Source of the DNA: Lysobacterales bacterium
GTDB taxonomy: Bacteria; Pseudomonadota; Gammaproteobacteria; Xanthomonadales; SZUA-38
Direction: 5' to 3'
Length of the DNA stretch: 41,031 nucleotides
NCBI GenBank assembly: GCA_033722075.1
Contig: JAWVZU010000003.1
Span: 1-41,031 of the forward strand
This document shows positions 37,968-41,031 of the stretch, piece after piece. How positions within the stretch are numbered: the stretch's first letter is position 1; each line of letters starts with the position of its first letter. The notes beneath the pieces were generated by a model, which saw nothing but the letters and a program-made list of their open reading frames with translations, was not told where the DNA came from and ran no database searches. The position numbers and the translations under genes were made by a program.

Positions 37968-38507
37968 ATGGCGACAACGATTCGGGACGCAGCGGACAGC
38001 GAACTGGACGCGATTCTGGCGATCAACAACGACGCCGTGCCCAATGTCACGACGCTCACTCCCGAAGAGCTGGCCGCATTCCATCGCGACGCGGGGTATT
38101 TTCGGGTCGCGATCAGCCAGGGGCATCTCGCCGGTTTTCTGATCGCATTGCTGCCGGAACACGACTACGGCAGTCCCAACTTCCAGTGGTTCAAGGGCAA
38201 TTACGACCAGTTCGTCTACATCGATCGAGTCGTCGTGGCCAGCGGCTTTCGCGGTCTCGGCATCGGCAATGTGTTCTACGCCGACGTCCAGAGTTACGCC
38301 GAGCTACGCGCCCCGTACCTGACCTGCGAGGTCAACCTGCAGCCGCGCAACGACGTTTCCCTGCTCTTTCACGGGGCACAGGGTTTTCACGAGGTGGGCC
38401 AGCAGGTGGACGGGGAAAAGCGGGTCAGCCTGCTGGCAAAGCGTCTGCCGAGCTTCGAGTTCATCCAGGAACGCTACGGCACGGCCGTTTCCCCCGTCGC
38501 CTCCTGA
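37968..38507 (+). CDS. GNAT-family N-acetyltransferase
   Basis: ATG at 37968 has AAGGGA 9 nt upstream. The product has the acetyl-CoA-binding motif A, VVVASGFRGLGIGNVFY (R/Q-x-x-G-x-G/A). Confidence 0.85.
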   Translation: MATTIRDAADSELDAILAINNDAVPNVTTLTPEELAAFHRDAGYFRVAISQGHLAGFLIALLPEHDYGSPNFQWFKGNYDQFVYIDRVVVASGFRGLGIGNVFYADVQSYAELRAPYLTCEVNLQPRNDVSLLFHGAQGFHEVGQQVDGEKRVSLLAKRLPSFEFIQERYGTAVSPVAS

Positions 38508-38514
38508 TTATCGG

Positions 38515-39054
38515 GTGGCTGTCCTCAGGATAGGCGAAACGGGCGAAGCGCCCGAGCGACTCCTCGAACGCTATGGCCTGGCCCTGGTTCGAGTGACGCC
38601 CGATCAGCCCATCCCGGGTTCCTACTGGGGTGCTCCGGAAGCCGGCCTGGTGGGTCATCGGCTGTACGCCCGGGAGGATACGCCCCTCCACTCCGTGCTT
38701 CACGAAGGCGCTCATTTCGTCTGCATGACTCCGGAACGCCGATGCGGCCTGGACACCGATGCAGGCGGTGACGACGCGGAAGAGAATGCGGTCTGCTACC
38801 TGCAGATCCTCCTGGCCGACCGGTTTTCCGACGTGGGCCGGACACGCATGTGGGCCGACATGGACGAATGGGGCTACAGTTTCCGCCTGGGCTCGGCGCA
38901 ACGCTGGTTCGAGGAGGACGCCGAGGATGCCCGCGCATCGCTGCTGCGCTGGGGGATCATCGACTCGGCCGATCGCCCGACCTTTGCGCTACGCGGGGAA
39001 AGTGGAAAGTGGAAAGTGAAAAGTGAAAAGTGGAAAGTGACACGGCCCAGGTGA
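38515..39054 (+). CDS. hypothetical protein with an HExxH motif (HEGAH), unknown family
   Basis: The 179-aa ORF starts with GTG 7 nt after the GNAT stop. Third codon positions are GC-rich until the terminal repeat. HEGAH lies at 38701-38715, with acidic DDAEEN about 20 aa downstream. The last ~14 codons are encoded by a heptamer tandem repeat. No Shine-Dalgarno sequence was seen. Confidence 0.5.
   Translation: MAVLRIGETGEAPERLLERYGLALVRVTPDQPIPGSYWGAPEAGLVGHRLYAREDTPLHSVLHEGAHFVCMTPERRCGLDTDAGGDDAEENAVCYLQILLADRFSDVGRTRMWADMDEWGYSFRLGSAQRWFEEDAEDARASLLRWGIIDSADRPTFALRGESGKWKVKSEKWKVTRPR
38997..39038. repeat. heptanucleotide tandem repeat, 6 units (GGAAAGT x3, GAAAAGT x2, GGAAAGT x1)
   Basis: Read directly from the sequence at 38997-39038. 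The 42 bp are A/G-rich on the plus strand and about 40% GC in a roughly 65% GC background. Confidence 0.9.
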
Positions 39055-39063
39055 GGAGAGCCC

Positions 39064-41031
39064 TTAGAAAACCGCTTCCCTGATCTCGCCGATCTCGTCC
39101 CGGAGCTTTGCGGCCTCTTCGAATTCCAGGTTCTGGGCATGCTCGAACATGCGCGCTTCCAGGTCCTTGATCTTCTTCGCCGCCTCGTCCGGGCTCCACT
39201 CCAGGTAGTCCGGCTTTTCCTCGGCGATTCGCCGGGTTCGCTTCGAGCCGCGGCCCTTCGCATCCCCGCGGGCCCCCTCCATGATGTCGGCGATCTCCTT
39301 GAGGATGGTCTGCGGTTCGATCCCGTGTTCCTCGTTGTAGGCGACCTGCTTGGCCCGCCGGCGCTCCGTCTCGTCGATGGCGTGCTGCATGGAGCGGGTG
39401 ATTTCATCCGCGTAGAGGATGGCCTTGCCGCGCACATTGCGCGCCGCCCGGCCGATGGTCTGGATCAGGGAACCACCGGACCGCAGAAAACCTTCCTTGT
39501 CGGCGTCGAGGACCGCCACCAGCGAGACCTCGGGCATGTCCAGCCCCTCGCGCAACAGGTTGATGCCCACCAGCACGTCGAACTCGCCCAGGCGCAGGTC
39601 GCGGATGATCTCGACCCGCTCGACCGTATCGATGTCCGAATGCAGGTAGCGCACCCGCACGCCATGGTCGGCAAGGTACTCGGTCAGGTTTTCCGCCATC
39701 CGCTTGGTCAGCGTGGTCACCAGTACCCGGTCGCCCCACTCCACCCGCTCGTTGATCTCCGACAGCAGATCGTCTACCTGGGTGCCCACGGGGCGGACTT
39801 CGACCTCGGGATCGATCAATCCCGTCGGGCGCACCACCTGTTCCACGAAGTCGCCACCGCTGGCCTGCAACTCGTAGTCGCGCGGAGTCGCGGACACGTA
39901 GACCGTTCGGGGCGCCCGCGCTTCGAACTCCTCGAACTTCAGGGGACGATTGTCCAGCGCCGAGGGCAGCCGAAAGCCGTACTCGACGAGGTTCTCCTTG
40001 CGCGACCGGTCACCACGGTACATGCCGCCGATCTGCGGCACGGTGACGTGACTCTCGTCGATGATGAGCAGCGCATCGGCCGGGAGGTAATCGAAGAGGG
40101 TCGGAGGCGGGGCCCCGGGTTCACGTCCCGTCAGGTGCCGCGAGTAGTTCTCGATGCCTTGGCAGTAACCGAGTTCGACCATCATCTCCAGGTCGAAACG
40201 GGTGCGCTGTTCCAGGCGCTGGGCCTCCAGCAGCTTGTTGGCCTTGCGCAGTTCGTCCAGCCGGACGGTCAACTCGCTCTTGATCGTCTCGACCGCATCC
40301 AGGACGGTCCGGCGGGTGGTCACGTAGTGCGACTTGGGATAGATCGTCAAACGGGGCACCTTGCGCAGCACCTCTCCCGTCAACGGGTCGAAGTGCGCCA
40401 GGTTCTCCACCTCGTCGTCGAACAGTTCGATCCGGATCGCCTCCTTCTCCGAGTCCGCCGGGAACACGTCGATGATCTCGCCCCGGGCCCGGTAGGTGCC
40501 GCGCCGGAGCTCCAGGTCGTTGCGCGTGTACTGCATTTCGGCAAGGCGCCGGAGCACCGAGCGTTGATCGATGCGCGTGCCGCGGTTGAGGTGCAGGACC
40601 ATGCTGAAATATTGCTGCGGGTCACCCAGGCCATAGATTGCCGACACGGTGGCCACGATCAGGGCGTCCTTGCGTTCCAGCAGGGCCTTCGTCGCCGACA
40701 GGCGCATCTGCTCGATGTGATCGTTGATCGACGCGTCCTTCTCGATGTAGGTATCGGTGGACGGAACGTAGGCTTCAGGCTGGTAGTAATCGTAGTAGGA
40801 AACGAAATACTCCACCGCATTGCGCGGAAAGAACTCCCTGAATTCCCCGTAGAGCTGGGCTGCGAGCGTCTTGTTGGGCGCCATGATCAGGGTCGGCTTC
40901 TGGGCGCGCGCTATCACGTTCGCCATGGTGAAGGTCTTGCCGGACCCGGTGACGCCCAGCAGGACCTGATCGCGTTCCCCGCGCTGCAGGCCCTCAACCA
41001 GCTCCGCGATCGCCTGCGGCTGGTCGCCGGC
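39064..41031 (-). CDS. uvrB: excinuclease ABC subunit B (5' end outside the window)
   Basis: The frame stays open to the window edge and reads ...[40 protein letters not shown] (Walker A). Helicase motifs follow, and the C-terminal UVR domain is [12 protein letters not shown]. Confidence 0.96.
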   Translation of the reverse strand, partial: AGDQPQAIAELVEGLQRGERDQVLLGVTGSGKTFTMANVIARAQKPTLIMAPNKTLAAQLYGEFREFFPRNAVEYFVSYYDYYQPEAYVPSTDTYIEKDASINDHIEQMRLSATKALLERKDALIVATVSAIYGLGDPQQYFSMVLHLNRGTRIDQRSVLRRLAEMQYTRNDLELRRGTYRARGEIIDVFPADSEKEAIRIELFDDEVENLAHFDPLTGEVLRKVPRLTIYPKSHYVTTRRTVLDAVETIKSELTVRLDELRKANKLLEAQRLEQRTRFDLEMMVELGYCQGIENYSRHLTGREPGAPPPTLFDYLPADALLIIDESHVTVPQIGGMYRGDRSRKENLVEYGFRLPSALDNRPLKFEEFEARAPRTVYVSATPRDYELQASGGDFVEQVVRPTGLIDPEVEVRPVGTQVDDLLSEINERVEWGDRVLVTTLTKRMAENLTEYLADHGVRVRYLHSDIDTVERVEIIRDLRLGEFDVLVGINLLREGLDMPEVSLVAVLDADKEGFLRSGGSLIQTIGRAARNVRGKAILYADEITRSMQHAIDETERRRAKQVAYNEEHGIEPQTILKEIADIMEGARGDAKGRGSKRTRRIAEEKPDYLEWSPDEAAKKIKDLEARMFEHAQNLEFEEAAKLRDEIGEIREAVF

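Noticed and set aside
38997-39038. CRISPR-like or other spaced repeat array
   Set aside because: The units are contiguous 7-mers without spacers, so this is a microsatellite. No 24-48 bp repeat/spacer periodicity was seen anywhere in the window.

Overview
41 kb of a high-GC (about 65% in hand-counted flanking lines) proteobacterial chromosome, probably gammaproteobacterial judging from gene content (inference). Almost all of it is explained by about 33 protein genes and 3 tRNAs. From left to right:
- A truncated DUF2231-like membrane gene.
- A translationally coupled cusC/B/A-type Cu(I)/Ag(I) RND efflux operon. A small Cys-rich secreted ORF precedes it, and the adaptor carries a fused CusF-like domain.
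- Arginase, then a small acidic ORF and a REC-PAS-GGDEF-EAL protein.
- A 5.8 kb low-GC (about 47-53%) glycan island (GT4, GT2, Wzx-type flippase, GT4, Zn-ribbon methyltransferase) that ends at tRNA-Leu(TAA).
- An MscS/MscK-type channel and an MFS transporter.
- tRNA-Cys, an SDR gene and tRNA-Gly, with clear terminators.
- A tightly coupled four-gene operon: SDR, histidine phosphatase, SDR, thioredoxin-like 2Fe-2S ferredoxin.
- A REC-REC-PAS-GGDEF-EAL protein, a HesB/IscA Fe-S carrier, asnS and another SDR.
- A TPR-sulfotransferase, then a SahR-like ArsR-methyltransferase regulator coupled to metH.
- A NarL-type two-component pair, a GNAT plus HExxH-ORF pair, and uvrB (5' end outside the window).

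I found no rRNA, CRISPR array, transposase, integrase, phage gene or recognisable defence system. I also cannot point to a clear multi-gene novel system. The candidates worth a second look are small:
- the Cys-rich leader ORF of the cus operon;
- the repeat-dense AT-rich intergenic region at 29.1-29.3 kb;
- two extra copies of the tRNA-Gly anticodon-arm 10-mer just downstream of that tRNA;
- a heptanucleotide tandem repeat in the tail of the HExxH ORF;
- the low-GC glycan island;
- the SDR/phosphatase/ferredoxin operon.

Many long ORFs in the supplied track are antisense shadows typical of high-GC DNA and were rejected. The track also uses alternative start codons, so several starts were trimmed by hand.
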